DNA of 64,000 bases from Prorocentrum cordatum (Eukaryota): the NCBI GenBank assembly GCA_963575745.1, contig CAUYUJ010000181.1, positions 496,001-560,000 of the forward strand. Reading direction: 5' to 3'. Made by a program: the position numbers and the translations under genes. Position 1 is the first letter of the stretch. Every line of letters begins with the position of its first letter. Shown here in pieces: positions 11,798-29,200 of this stretch. Below the pieces are notes generated by a model. That model had not been told where the DNA came from and made no database searches. It saw only the letters and a program-made list of their open reading frames with translations.

Positions 11798-12030
11798 TTG
11801 AGCAGGGACCGACCATCCCGGCATTCTTATAGTCCTACCACGACATGTTCTTAGAACCCAGCAATGTTCTAAGAACAGAAACAATGCTCTTAGTACATGA
11901 ACCCGATGTGTGAAAACAAGACAGACTCAACCAGAAATGTTCTAAGAACATTTCGTGGAAACCACAAAAGGTTCCTAGAACATTGTTCGGTAGGGCTATA
12001 GGCGAGCCAGGACGCTTCGCCACCGCTTGA
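11798..12030. mobile_element. MITE family A copy abutting a family B end
   Basis: TTGAGCAGGGACCGACC...GGACGCTTCGCCACCGCTTGA, with internal GTTCTTAGAAC motifs. Confidence 0.82.
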
Positions 12031-12117
12031 CGAGGCAGTCCTTCGCCCGCTCGAATCCTCCGCCCGGCTCGCGGCGTGCAGATCGCACGGCAGGCCCCCT
12101 GAATCCCAGGGCCAGGC

Positions 12118-12305
12118 TTATGTCGGGCGTGTCCCCCTACAGGGGGATTTTCGACGAAAAATACAAAAAACAAAACACTCCAAAAAGGTCAGACAATATT
12201 CAAAACATAGTCCCCAGACTATGTTCGGATTATGTTTGGACTATTTTAAAAGTATTTTTTATTGTTCGTCGAAAATCTCTTTGTAGGGGGACAGGCCCGA
12301 CTTAA
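12118..12305. mobile_element. MITE family B, 8-bp TSD
   Basis: TTATGTCGGGCGTGTCCCCCTACA / TGTAGGGGGACAGGCCCGACTTAA. GGCCAGGC at 12110-12117 and 12306-12313. Confidence 0.88.
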
Positions 12306-12390
12306 GGCCAGGCCTCGTCCTCGACCTCCCTGGGCGCTGCCCGCGTCGGCGGGGGCAGGGCGACGGGGAATGGGGAATGCCTCCGGGAGG

Positions 12391-12589
12391 TAGGGGAACA
12401 GGCAATGACATAAACATAAAAACTCGGAGGTACGCGCGGATTTCTCGGATCGGCGCTGGACCCCCCTCCCTGGCGCGCGGAGCGCGCCAGGGGCGGCATC
12501 GGAGGCGCCGCCAGGGGGCTCCAGCGCCGATCCGAGAAATCGGCGTGGACCTCAGAGTCTTTATGTGTATGTCATTGTTTGTTCCCCTA
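12391..12589. mobile_element. Fold-back MITE family C, 5-bp TSD
   Basis: Homologous to 6028-6225. GGAGG at 12386-12390 and 12590-12594. Confidence 0.88.
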
Positions 12590-12599
12590 GGAGGGGCGC

Positions 12600-13540
12600 T
12601 CTCGTCACCTCCGTCTGGGAGTGGAGGCCCTGCCACCGCAGGCGGACAGGCACGCGCGCGCAGATGAGCGATCCTGAGATTACCCCCGCGTCCTCAGGAC
12701 AGCCCGGCAGCACGCGCGAGCACACGGAGAAGTCGCAGACTCGCGGCCCACGCGTCGGGGCTGCCGGGACGACCACCACTCCATGGGCCGTGCGGGCCCA
12801 CTCCTGGACCTCGGAGGTCTCGAGCTTCCAGTCGCCTCCGCCAACCCGCGGGATCGTCAACCCCGCTAGCCCAGCGAGAAGGTCAGCGAGGAAGGTGATA
12901 TTGGGCCCTGCCTGGCCTGTCTTCGCGGTCTGGTAGACGCTCGCGAAATACAGCGGCACGCCGAGGCCAGAATTGACTACCGCAACCTGGCAACGACTGC
13001 TCGGGAGGCTCATTCCGAAGGCGGGTTGCCCTTCAGCCATCGGCAGCGACCCAAACACTGCAACGCAGCTGGAGGATTGCAGCGCCTCCTGCCCCGTGCT
13101 TTCCGCGGCTCGCATGACAGGATTGAGCCCAACTTGCGCTGCCGAGCGCTTGGCCGAGAGGAGCCGATTCGGCCCCTTCAGCCTGCGCTCTTGCAGCAAC
13201 ATCACATGCGGCCCCTGATCCAGCCCACCCAAGCCGGAGCTGGAAGTAGGAACACGCACCAGGCCGCCGCTGGAAATGGTCGAGGTAGCGCGGGCCACAT
13301 CCGCCATAGCGGCCGAAGACGCCTCCGAATAACGAGTCGAAGCAAGGCATCCCACCTGACCAGCAGACCTTCGCCGAGCAGCACGGTCTCCAACGCTAAC
13401 GGGGTGAGGCCAACCCACGTCGACTGCTACTCCTCCTCTTCCTCCTCCTTCTCCTGCTCCTCCTCCTCCTCCTGGCTGGCACCACACCGGCAAGTCCTGG
13501 CCATTGGACCAAGTGGTGATGTTCGCCGTCAAGATGTCCG
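12600..13540 (-). mobile_element. LINE ORF2 APE-like endonuclease domain (decayed)
   Basis: EEP-fold motifs TANITTW, VMLLQE, FASVY, GGDW, RVCDF in one frame. Confidence 0.78.
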
Positions 13541-13559
13541 GGTCACCAGGATCCTCGAC

Positions 13560-14600
13560 GTCGTCACCCGCACCGCTGCTTCTTTAAGAACGCTACTTGG
13601 AAATGCTTGGCCTTCTCGCGATATCCGGGTGGCTGAAGATTGAGCTCGCCCAGGCGGGTCTCTGAGCCTCCCAGGCAGCTCGGAATCGTCCAAGTGGATG
13701 TCCGTCCCGTCTCCATCAACAAGCACGACGGCAAATTCCGAAGCACCAGCGCCAAACCCAGCAGCAGCAGCAGGGCCGCCAGCCGGGGCCTCTTCCGCGC
13801 TCCTGCGCTGCCCTGGCCTTCTCTCGCAGCCCGGCCCGCTGCGTAGAAATGACGGTGTGCATCTCCGACGGCTTGGACGCAAAGTCTGGCACGCAGTCGA
13901 ACTTGGACAGCGCCTCGCAGCTGGAAGCAAATGGCAAGCGCATGGTCAGCCCCCGAAAAATCGAGGCTGCCAGCTGTTTGCACCTTGTCCAACACGGACA
14001 CAGCGCTAGCGATCTCCTTCTTCTCTTGATGATATCCTCGAGCTCCTTGAGCGCCGACCTGTGACGCTCCAGAAGCTGATCCTCCTCCTGTAAATAAAAT
14101 ATGCCCAGCCTGTTCGAGCACCTCACGAGCCGTCCGAACACGCTCCGCCGTCTTGTCCGCTTGCTTTTTTCCCGCCTGCCGCGGCGCGGCAAGAGGTCCT
14201 GCATCCCCTTGGACCGGAGACATGCACGCTTTTCCACCTCTGCGGCCGCCAAGCCCACCTTCGCCCAGATGGCCCTGCCGAGGTCAGCGACCAGCGAGGC
14301 CCGCAGCTCCTTTCTTGGCTTGCGCCACCGCCGCGTGCCCTTGCCGGAGGCGGAGGCTCAGAGCTCCACTTGCCATTTGGGCGTGGCGGCGCCCTGACCT
14401 CGGAGGCTGCTGGGTGCCACGGAGCGCGATGGCCTCCATGACCCAGGGCGGCGCCTTCTTCCCGAGCTGCTGGCACTGCGTGCGCCAGCCTCGGTTCTCA
14501 TGCCCCCACACGAACCTCCGCACCGCCACTGCCGCAGCGGAGGGCCGCAATGACGGCAACGCCCAAATAGGCATCGACATGGTCCGATGTATGGAACCGT
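13560..14600 (-). mobile_element. LINE ORF1 relic with a RanBP2-like zinc finger
   Basis: Across a 1-nt frameshift near 14500 it reads WRCGGSCG-HENRGWRTQCQQLGKKAP, followed by helical charged segments. It lies directly upstream of the endonuclease. Confidence 0.55.
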
Positions 14601-15433
14601 GGCTCGGAGCAGCTGCGCAACTTCCAACTGCGCTGCTCCAAAAGTCGACCAGAGACCTGAAAATGGCGAGGAAAAGGAGGAGGTGGTGGCGGGTCAGCAG
14701 GAGGATGAACAGGACAGGGGGGGCAGAAGGAAGATAGGGGAGGCCCGGCGGGCCAGCGGCAACATTTTGAGGCCAACGCTGCAGCGGCAACACCAGCTCG
14801 AGATACCGAAGGAGTTCCAATCGAAACGAAAACCTAGGAGAGACCACCTCGTGAGATCCTGTGCGTCAAGAGAGCAATACGCAGAGGGGACGGGCTACTC
14901 CCTGGCCCCCTCCGGGGTGGAGGGGAATGTAGCACGCATATCAAGCCAGGTACGCCCGCAGCACCAGATCTGACAGATCTGACATCCTGCCATTCCCTCC
15001 CAGCCCTTCCCGTTGCGCTGGTCTTTCCCTATCGCGTACTGGGAGAAACGGGGAGGCTGGGCGACCAGGCAAAGTTCAGCAGCGGCCGCACGCGAGGGGG
15101 AGGCAGAGGCTCCAGTGTGGCCACCGCTGCGCCACTACCCCTAAAGATCGAGGGGCCAAAAGGCGGTGGCAACATTAGGGGTGCGTCCTTCGGAATGGGG
15201 GAACATTCAAGATCGGCATCGAAACAAAGGCGATACCAATCCTGAGGATGGAGGTGAGAGCCGTGAGGCCGCAACGCAGCGCGAGGCGAGGATGCTGGGG
15301 GAGAAGCGGCCAAGGCGGCGCAGAAGAGGCACCACGACCCGTCGGCCACCCCGCGCTGCAGGACGGCGCAAGCTTCGGCCAGAGGGCGAAGAGGACCAGC
15401 CGCGTACCAGGCGCTGGGGCTGAGTCCTAAGAG

Positions 15434-19250
<3,817 letters not shown>

Positions 19251-20202
19251 AGGAGGAGGAGGAGGAGGAGGAGGAGGAGAAGGAGTCCCAGTGTCTGGGG
19301 CAGCCGCGTCCCAGGGTCAGCCGCGGGCCAGAGCCCCAAGAGGCGCCAAAGAAGGTCCAGAGGGTCCGAGAGGAACCCTAGGAGAGGCCCCGGGTGATCC
19401 TGGAGGGCCCCACCCCTGTGTCCCCCAAGTGGCTCCCCCGGGAGCTGGGAAAATACGCAGTCTAAAAGAACTGCCGCACCTCCGCTCGACATTTCACCGC
19501 GAAGTCGGTGGTTGGCCGTAGGACGTGTTTGATACGATACGGCTTCCCCTGTCTGTTCCATGATAAATGTTTTTCCTGCTCTCTGCCGACTCCCTCTCTC
19601 CCTCTCGTTGTCTCTCTCTCTCTCTCTCTCTTTTATGTGTTTATGTCTCTCTCTATATATACATATATATATATATATCCTTCGATCTTGCGCTCTCACC
19701 CACACATACACACACTCTCTCTCTGTCGCTCCACACACAGTATCTCTCTCTGTTTCTGTACTCTCTCTCTCTCTCTTTCTCTCGCCATCGTTTTCCTAGA
19801 CCCTAGACTCTACTCTCTCTTTATCTCTCTCTCTATCTCTCTTTCTCTCTGACTCTCTACTCCCTCTAATCTCTCTGCTCTGGGATCTGGAAACCCAGTG
19901 GGCCACTGGGATCGGGGGGACACTGTCACAAAGATCCCGAACCAAGTACAGGAACCCAACCACCACGGAAATCCAACAAATGCCCATCGTTGCAATTCCA
20001 GGGCACTAGAAACACGAAAGTGGGAAGTTAGCCGACTACTGAACTGGATGTGGTAAGCTTGCCAACTCATTGCAGCAGTCACGACGACCCACTCAATGCA
20101 AACGCACATACAAGATTAGTGTTTCACTCTTCCTTCAGTGAGGTGGAGATGGAGATTTGCCCAGTGTGGCGACATGTTTGCGATATCGCGACTGCCCCGG
20201 TC

Positions 20203-20376
20203 CTCGAACGCGTAGAAGTCCCTGACGGGCCATCTGAAAAGCCGCATCAGGAACACGATGATGAACAGCTCGTGCGATACTATGACCATGTTGTCGGTGT
20301 ATCTCGACTCCCACTTCCGGTAGAGGGACTCCAGGAAGAGCCCGGCCCGCTGGAACAAGTCCGCGGGGCTCTCGCC
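20203..20376 (-). CDS. Gene 2 exon 3
   Basis: GESPADLFQRAGLFLESLYRKWESRYTDNMVIVSHELFIIVFLMRLFRWPVRDFYAFE, containing the GES and VSH motifs. Acceptor ACAG|GG, donor GAG|GA. Confidence 0.9.
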
Positions 20377-21000
20377 CTGTGCTCGCCATGTGGGGACGGG
20401 GGCCCCGAGGGAAACGCGGCCCAGCCCTCGGGGCCTTCCTCGGGCCAGGAGATGTCGAGGGGCGGTCACGTCGGAGGGGGTGGCCACTTCCACCAAGGAA
20501 AGGGAGCCCCCTGGACCCCTCAGGCCCTCCTGGGACTCCAAAACACGGCCGAGCGAGCTCAAAACCTAATCGATTCTCAATCCTCACTCCTCCTCGATCC
20601 TCGATTTCAGCGAAGCGACGGTGACCCCCCTAATGGCAACACCCCTTGACACTGCCCGAACCAATTCATCCCGAGCATTTGTTTGACAATCCCGGGGGCC
20701 GTGAACAGGGGCAGGGGCAATCGACACCGAGTAGGCAAGGAAGCAGGGAGGAGGAGGAGGAGGAGGAGGAGGAGGAGGAGGAGGAGCAGGATGTGAGGGG
20801 CGAAGGAAAAATTAGGAGCAGCAGCGGAACGAAGGAGGATGAGGAGGAGGAGGAGGAGGAGGAGGAGGAGGAGAGAGGACGACAAGTATGAGAAGCACCA
20901 ATGAGCGGAGGGACGAAGCCGGGGGGGAAAGAGAAAAGGGAGCAGGAGGACGAGGACGAGGCCGGGAAAACGAGGCGTGAGAGCGTCGCAAGCCCAGGGC

Positions 21001-21042
21001 CTCTGGGAATCGGTAGTAGAATTTGCCGAACATCTTCTTCTC
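21001..21042 (-). CDS. Gene 2 exon 2 (42 bp)
   Basis: EKKMFGKFYYRFPE, matching the DET1-type G.F.YRFP.GES motif. Acceptor ACAG|GA, donor GAG|GC. Confidence 0.88.
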
Positions 21043-21544
21043 CTGTCGAGGTCTCGCTGCCAGAGGCGAAATCCCCATATCCCCCTCCTCCTCCTCCTCC
21101 TCCTCCTCCTCCATGCCTTCTCCTTATAAACAATAATCCGAGGCAAATGTTTAGGGCGGGCCGGGCGTTTCTCCTGAGACTTCCTCACTTTCACCTTTTA
21201 TGACCCTGACGCTTGAACCTTGGCAAGAGTTCACGCATTGAGGGCGGCCCCTTTCCAGAATATGGCTCTCGCCTTAGCGCCCTTTTCAAACTCTGCAAGA
21301 TTTTTGCGGATTGAGGGCGGTCCGTTTTCAAAATGTGGCTCTCGCCTCAGCGCCGCGTACATTCGTTTTGAATATGCAAGAGCTTCACGGATTGAGGGCA
21401 GTTCCTCTACAAACTGTGGCTCTCGCCGCAACGCCGCGCACGTTTCGTTTGTAACATTTGCAAGCGTTCCACGGTTGCTCATGATCAGCGTACAAGAAAT
21501 GGTGTTCTGAAACGACGTAGGGTTATGAGGGTGCAACAGTTATG

Positions 21545-21780
21545 GTGATTCGCGGTTGTGGAGTTCCAGGAACGGCGTTCTGGTGCGATTCAGGATCGTC
21601 AAGACGCAACAGTCAGGTTGATCTGTGCCAGTGGAATCCCGAGAACAATGTTTTGCCATGCTTCAAGGTCTTCAAACGGTTGCCTTTCAACGAGGCAGTT
21701 CCCTCCATGGAAATGAACCACTGTAAGGGCCTATGAAGGGGGAGCTTGGGGGGGTTAATCCAACATCGTTGGTGACTCTT
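21545..21780. repeat. Diverged dispersed repeat, second copy at about 47605-47830
   Basis: Collinear GATTCGCGGT..CCAGGAAC..GACGCAACA.TCA.GTTGATCTG..GAATCCC..AGGGCC.TATGAAG. Confidence 0.65.
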
Positions 21781-21934
21781 GGGTGTGCACTGGTAATCCT
21801 TCTCCTCCTCCTCCTCCCTGCATGTTCCTTTCACCCCTCCTCCTCCTCCACTACCTCCCCCTCCACTTCATCCCCCTTCTTCTCCTCCCCCTCCGCCTCC
21901 AACTTCTCATCGTCCTTCTCATAATCAGAATCAA

Positions 21935-22423
21935 AAGCATCGTCATCATCATCATCAACATCACCATCATCACCATCATCATCATCATCACCACCACCAG
22001 CATCAACATCAGCATGATCACCATCAGCGTCATCATCATCACGATCGTCATCTTTATTATCATAATCATCATTATCGCCATCATCCTTCTGATCACCATC
22101 ATCATCATGATCATCATCGTCGTCATCATCGTCATCACCCTCCGCTGCGCAAGCCTGCAATTCATGATTGTTTTTACCCTCTTCCACCTCCTCTCTTTCT
22201 TCCTTCCCGTTCCGTTCCCGACATCCTCCCACCTTTGCGCGAACAAGACACCAGAACGATCGTGATCGAACAGGCTGGGAACGAGCAAATCCCACTGGCA
22301 AGGAGACGAAAAGGGGAGCCAGAGAACACCTCGCGGGGGCCATCCACCGCCCGCCACACGCCAAAACATCTGACTGCTACAGGCGAAGTCTGGAAAGGCA
22401 AACCAGGGCCAGCAAACACACAG

Positions 22424-22490
<67 letters not shown>

Positions 22491-22512
22491 CACACCACAC
22501 ACACACACACGC

Positions 22513-22545
<33 letters not shown>

Positions 22546-22625
22546 CATACACACACATACAACCACACACACACATACACACACGCACACGCACACACGC
22601 ACACGCACACGCACACACACAGACA
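21935..22625. repeat. (CAT)n followed by (CACG)n/(CA)n microsatellites
   Basis: Directly visible. Confidence 0.9.
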
Positions 22626-23599
22626 CATACGCATGTTTTGGCGATCGTGGCCTCGCGCGTAGTGACGAGGCGAAGAAAGTCGGTCAGAGGGGAACGCGCG
22701 TGACACACACGCGTCGATGTGTATCTACACATGTTCCAAACCATACATATATATATAGATGTGCATGTAGAGGTAGAACATTATGAATGTGGACCCGTGG
22801 ATTCAATCAATCCACGGAGCTGCGTAAGTCGGGTTTTGCTGACGCGCGCTTCTTTCTCTGGCGCGCAAACGCCAGGAATCTGCGGTGTGCGATCGACAAC
22901 CAACGTGAAATCTGAGATGTTCGCCTCTTCAGGCCCTCCTGGGGGTCCTCATGGTGCTCTTTTGGGGCGTCTTGGGCCCTCTGGGGCCGTCTTGACAGCA
23001 TCTTCGGCCGTATTGGGGCCCTCGTGGGCGGACTCGAGTCCATTTTGGCATGTCTTGGGGGCCTCTTGAGGGCTTGTTGGGCCATCTTGGGGGCCTTTAT
23101 TGGGCCATCTTGGGGACCGCTTGGGCCCTCCGTGGGCCCCTCCTCGGCTGTCTTGGGGCTCTCTTGCTCTCTTGGGCGCCTCTTGGGCCGTCTCGAGGCG
23201 ATCCTGGAGGCTTCTCGGGCCATCTTGGGGGGTCCAAACGGTCGAGAGCGCGAGAATTCCAGAACCCGTGGGAAATCTACGATTTCGGCCCCTGAGGGCC
23301 CTCGTGGCTGTCCCCTCGAAGCCCGCTCGGGGCGTCTTGGCGGGTTATGGGGCCGCCTTGGGAGCGTTTTGGGCCGTCGGAGGGCACTCTTGGGTCAAGT
23401 CGGGGCCGTCTTTGGTCGTCTCGGTGCCTCTCTGGGCCGTCTCGGGGTTCTTCTGGGGAGCTCTGGTGCTGTTTCGGGGCCCTCTGGGGATCCTCTGGTG
23501 CCGTTTCGGGCTCCCCAGGGGGCTCGGGGAACCGGGGGTTCCCTCCCGACCCGCCAGGCTCCCTGCAGATTTATTTGAGGAGATATAGGAGTACAAATT

Positions 23600-26026
23600 T
23601 TCGGACATGAGGGGGTGAGATCGCAATGAAGCAGGGAGCCCCCCACCAGGACATCGGTCTCGGTTTCGTCTTCGTGCCGCGCTTGCGGGCGAGGCGAAGC
23701 TGCGTGGGTGGGCGAGAGGAGTGGGCCCCCCCCCTGGCTGGGGCACTTCCAGGCCAAGGGACCGCCCCAAACGGCTTGCGCGGCGGTGGCCATGGGTGTC
23801 CCGCGGGCGTCCCGCGGGCGACCCGCCTGTGTCCCGTGGGTGCCCCGTCGTTGGCCCGACGGTGCCCCGTCGGTGTCCCGTCGGTGTCCCGTAGTGAGGT
23901 CGACCGCGAGCTCGATCGTGAGATCGAGAATGGAATCAATCATGAGGTCGATCGTGAGGCCGATGGTGAGACCGATGGTGAGATCGATCGTGAGAACGAC
24001 AGTGAGATTGATAGAAATATCGATGGTCGCAAGATCGACGGTGAACGGAAAAGCGAGAGCCATGGTGAGATCGATAGTGAGGGCGATCGAGTGAGATCGA
24101 TAGTGAGATCGACAGTGAGACTGACAATGAGAATCATGGTGAGGTCGATCGTGAAATCGATGGCGAGATCAATAGTGAGCACGATCCCGAGATCGAGAAT
24201 GAAGTCGACAGTGAAATCGACTGTGAGATCGATGGTACTGTCGATAGTGAGATCGATAATACGATCCGTAGTGAGATCGCCTGAATTAGACGCTCGCTCC
24301 TCCCCCCCCGAACATCCTTATCACCCGAAGGGAGGTCGCCCCGGAAGTTGGCGGGTGAGATCGCAGTGGAACGGACAGCCCCCCACCGGAAAATCGGTGT
24401 TGGCGCCGTGTTCGTGTCGTGCGCGCGAGGCGGAGCTGCGTGGGCGCGCGACCCCGCCGTCGCTGAGGCGATTCGGATGCAACGACTGCCCCTGCGCCCC
24501 CCGGTGGGCGTGCGGTGGCCCGGAGTGTCCCGCCGTGGTGTCAAGTGGTGTCCTGTGGGTGTCCCGTCGGTGTTCCGTCGGCGGTGGGCGGGCAGTGGCC
24601 GAGGGTGCCCCGCCTTGGTAGCGATAGTGAAGTCGATAGTGAGATGGATCACGAGATCGCTGGAATGGAAGCGGATAGTAATATCAAAAGGGGCATCGAC
24701 AGCGAGGTTGGTTGTGACACTGTTTGTGAGATGGATAGTGAGATCGATAGTGGAGATCGGTAGCAAGATCGATAGTGAGATCGATAGTGAATATCTACTC
24801 TGATATCTATAGTGAGATCGAACGCAAGACCTACGGTGAGATCGAGCGAGTGTGATCGATCCTGTGAGGTCGGTGGTGGGATCGATCGAGTCAGATCGAA
24901 AGCTCGGACGATAGAGGCATTAAATCACAGCGCAACATCGTCATCACGCGTCGTCGCTAACATCGTCATCATCCCCATCGCATTTGCCAGCAATTCGTTC
25001 ATTCCCCTGAACCCCCCAACCGCCTTATCACCTGGAGAGTGGTCGCATAGGTATCGGAAGTTGGAGGGTGAGATTGCAAGGGACTGGAGAGCCCCCAACC
25101 GGGAAATCAGTGTCCCTGTGTTGTCCCGTCGGAGTCCCGTGATGAGATTGATAGTGAGACCGATGGTGAGGTCGATAGTGAGATGGATAGTGGGATCACT
25201 AGTGAGGTCTAGAATGAGATCTAGAGTGAGAACAAAAGTGAGATTGATCGAGTGGGAGCGAGGGTGGGGTCGATCGAGTGAGACCGATAGCGAGATCGAT
25301 CGTGAGATTGATACTGCGATAAATAGTGAAGTCGATGATGACTTGATTGTGTTCTGATTGGTGCCCGATTGGTGTCACGATTGGTGTGCCGATTGGTGTC
25401 CTGATGGTGCCCCGGTGGCGTTTCGATGGTGTCTCGGTGGTGTCCTCGTGATGTCCAGAGAAGTGCCCCGAGTGGTGTTCCGATGGTGTCCCCACTGGTG
25501 TCCCGATGAATGTCCTGACGGTGTCCTGGTGTTGTTTCGATGGTGTCCTGGCGGTGTCTATCATGAAGCTTGGGGGCGGGGATCGCAGAGAACCCGATGC
25601 GCCAAACGGCTTTCAATGACAGCATCCCCGGCCACGGGATCAACTGAGGCGCCGCATCGTCGCATTGCCATCGCAGCGCAGTGGTGGTGGCATTGATTTG
25701 GCCCGATGCTGTTCCGATGGTGTTCCGATTGTACTCAGCACTACCGCCGTTGCAGTCGCCGCCACACTCATCACCACTGCGGCTATCACCTTGCCGTCAG
25801 CGACCAGCGATCACACCTAGCACTCAACATCACAGCACAATAGTGGAGGCACTTATTTGGCCTCATGGTGCCCTGGAGGTGTCTTAATGGTGAGGTCGAC
25901 CGAGTTAAACCGGTAGTGGGACCACATCGCGACGCAGCATCGTCACCACGCGTCGTCGCCAACTCGAGGGCGCATCACGAGCATACTCATCAACTCATCA
26001 ACTCATCAACTCATCAACTCGTCAAC

Positions 26027-26058
<32 letters not shown>

Positions 26059-26059
26059 G

Positions 26060-26099
<40 letters not shown>

Positions 26100-26177
26100 T
26101 ATCATCATCATCATCATCGTCGTCGTCATCATCATCATCACCATCACCATCACCATCACCATCACCATCACCATCAC

Positions 26178-26255
<78 letters not shown>

Positions 26256-29200
26256 AATCATCACACCCGGTGTCCCGTCGCTGTCCCGACGTTGCTCTGT
26301 CGGTGTCCCGTCGGTATCCCTTCGGTGTCCCACCAGTGTCCCGTGGTGGCCCGTCGGTGTCCTGACGGTGTCCTGTCGATGTCCCGTCGGTGTCCCGTCG
26401 GTGCCTCGTCGGTGTCTCGCCGCCGGTGTCCCGTGTCCCGTCGGTGTCTCGCCGCCGGTGTCTCGATTTGTGTCCCGATTGGTGTCCCGCGGGTGTCGCG
26501 ATTGGTGTCCCGATTGGTGTCCTGATGGTGCTCTGGTGGCGTTTCGATGATGTCTCCATGGTGTCCGGTGGTGTCCGATAGGTTTCCCGATTGGTTTTCT
26601 GATGGTGTCCTGGTGGTGTCCTGGTGTTGTAACGGTTGGCGTTTCGATTGGTGTGCCGATGGTGCCCTGGTGGTGTCCTGATTGTGGCCCGCTGTCCCCG
26701 ACGGTGCCCCGATGGTGTCCCGATGGTATGGCGGTGTCGCGATGGTGCCCCGATCGTATCGAGGTGACTTTCAGGATCGCTGGTGAGATCGATCGTCAGA
26801 CCTGGGGGGGGTGAGAACGAAGAGAGCTTCACGTCGGGCGCGCTTGCATCGTCGCCAACTCGTGAGCGCATCACCAGCATCGCCACCATCACAATCATCG
26901 CAGCTGTCCTCAATTGATTATTTCCCCCCGACCTCCTTATCACCCGAAGGGTGGTCGTATAGCTATATAATACTACCACCCTTCGGGTGATAAGGAGGTT
27001 TGGTTGGGGGCAAGAACCAGCTGAGGACAACTCCGATCATTGTAATGGTGGCGATGCTGGTGATGCGCTTACGAGTTGACGACGATGCCAGACGACAATG
27101 CTGACGATACTGCATGATGGCAATGGGCTAGTTAACACACTGGCGACGCTCGCGAAAATGCATGATAGCGATCACGACGGTGGTAATTATTTGACCTCAT
27201 ACCCCTTTGACGATGACTGTGGCGATGAGGGGTGTGGTGGTGATGAGTGTGGTGATGGGTGTGATGATGCGTATGGTGATCGTGGTGGTGGCGAGTGCGG
27301 TGGTGAGTGCGATGATAGTGGTGATGATGAGTGGTGATGACAGCGACGACGACGGTGGTGTTAAGTACGGTCGGGACACCATCGCGACACCATTGGGCGA
27401 AATAAATGGCACCACCTCGATACGATCGGGGCACCATCGGGACACCGCCATATCATCGGGACACCACCGGGGCACCGTCGGGGACACATCGGGACACCAT
27501 CAGGACACCAACAGGGTACCATCGAGACACCAATCGAAACGCCAACCAGTCACCAAGACACCACCATGACACCATCGGAACACGAATCGGGGCAGCTATC
27601 GGGACACCGAAAGGACACCGACTGCAGGACACCGATTGGGACACCCAAGCGACGCCAGTCGGTACACAAATCGAGACACCAATCGCGACACCGACCGGAC
27701 ATCGACAGGACACCGACGGCGGGACACCAACGGGACACCGACGGAGCACCGGCGGCGAGACACCGACGAGACACAGACGGGACAACGACGGGACATCGAC
27801 GGGACACAGACTGGACACCGACGGGACCCCAACGGGGCACCGACGGGGCACCGACGAGACACCGACAGGACACCGACGGGACACCACGACGGGACACCGA
27901 CGGGAGACCACGACGGGACACCTCGGCGTGACACCACGGGCCACGCCGGCCCTCGGGAGGGGCGGTCTTTTGTCTTGGCCCGCCCTCGCCACAGCGGAGT
28001 CGTTCCTCTCGCCCGCCCGCGCAGCTTCGAACCGCCCACAATCACGACACGAATCCGAAACCGAAACTGATTTCCCAGTGGGGGGCCCTCCGTTCCACTT
28101 CGATCGGGCTGTGGGCTTGGACGTCTGCGCCCGCAACGCAGACGCTGGCGGGCAGGCATCCGGCTGCTTTGGCCCTGCCATCCATGCACCTGGGTAGGTG
28201 GCCGATGCGTGGGAGGCGCGCACAGGCGAGTCCGACCCGGGCGTCTGCGGTAGCGGTGAGATTTCGCTCTGCTGGTGTAGGGTCGAGGGCAACATTGATG
28301 TAGCTGGCCAAGAGCTTCTCACCTCGTGGTGGACTTCGAGAAGGGTCTGGTGCAGGAGTAGATCGCTGGCTTGGCTGAAGAGCCAGGGCCCCAGGACCCA
28401 GCCAACGACTTTGCCTGAGTGAACTCTAAGGCCTGGCAGCTGGTCGAAGCGGACGGTCTCGTTGAGGGACAGCTGCAGCTCGGGCCCGGCAAGGGCTGTA
28501 GAGATGCTGCCGTCGACGAAGGTCCTGCCAAGGGACCGCGCGACGTATCGGTGTTGTCGTTACGTCCAGTCCAGACGCGCAGAAGGAGCTTGATGTCGTC
28601 TAGCGACCAGGAGCTCCTCTGGAGGTGGCCGTTAGTCCTTGAGGTGGGGGGGAGATCGGCGGACGGCGACGATGTCGCTTGGGCAACTGGCGTGGAGAGC
28701 CAGTTGGAGGCACACATCGGTAGCGAGGTAGTTGAAGCATGTCTGCCGATCCAAGGTGACCCCGCTAGCGGCAGGGCGAACATGCGTGCATGCTCGACGT
28801 AGAGGGCCAAAAAGGTGCTGCCGTCACCCATGGAGGCGTGCGGCACGACGCCGAAGCTGGCGGGGTGGGTCCAGTAAGCCCCCCAGCTGCGTAAGCTGCG
28901 GTAAGCTGGTGCCTCCCACTTTTTCGGTCGCGGCCGCGAGACGACGGTCAGGCGGCGAGAGCAAAATCCGGGACGCGAACTAGGACTGGTGCCACCCACG
29001 CGTACATCCATACATCCAGACCGACATGACCGACAGGAGTCTCTGGTCGGTGGGGAGCTCGCGGAGGCAAGGGTTTGGGGATGTGGATGAGGGGTTCGGG
29101 TGCAAGACCAGTGATCTGCATCGCACGCAGGACGCGGGCGAAGAGGCGGAGGACGCCGTCGGGTAAGGCATTGGCTTCTCGGATGCCGAACGGGTGCGGA

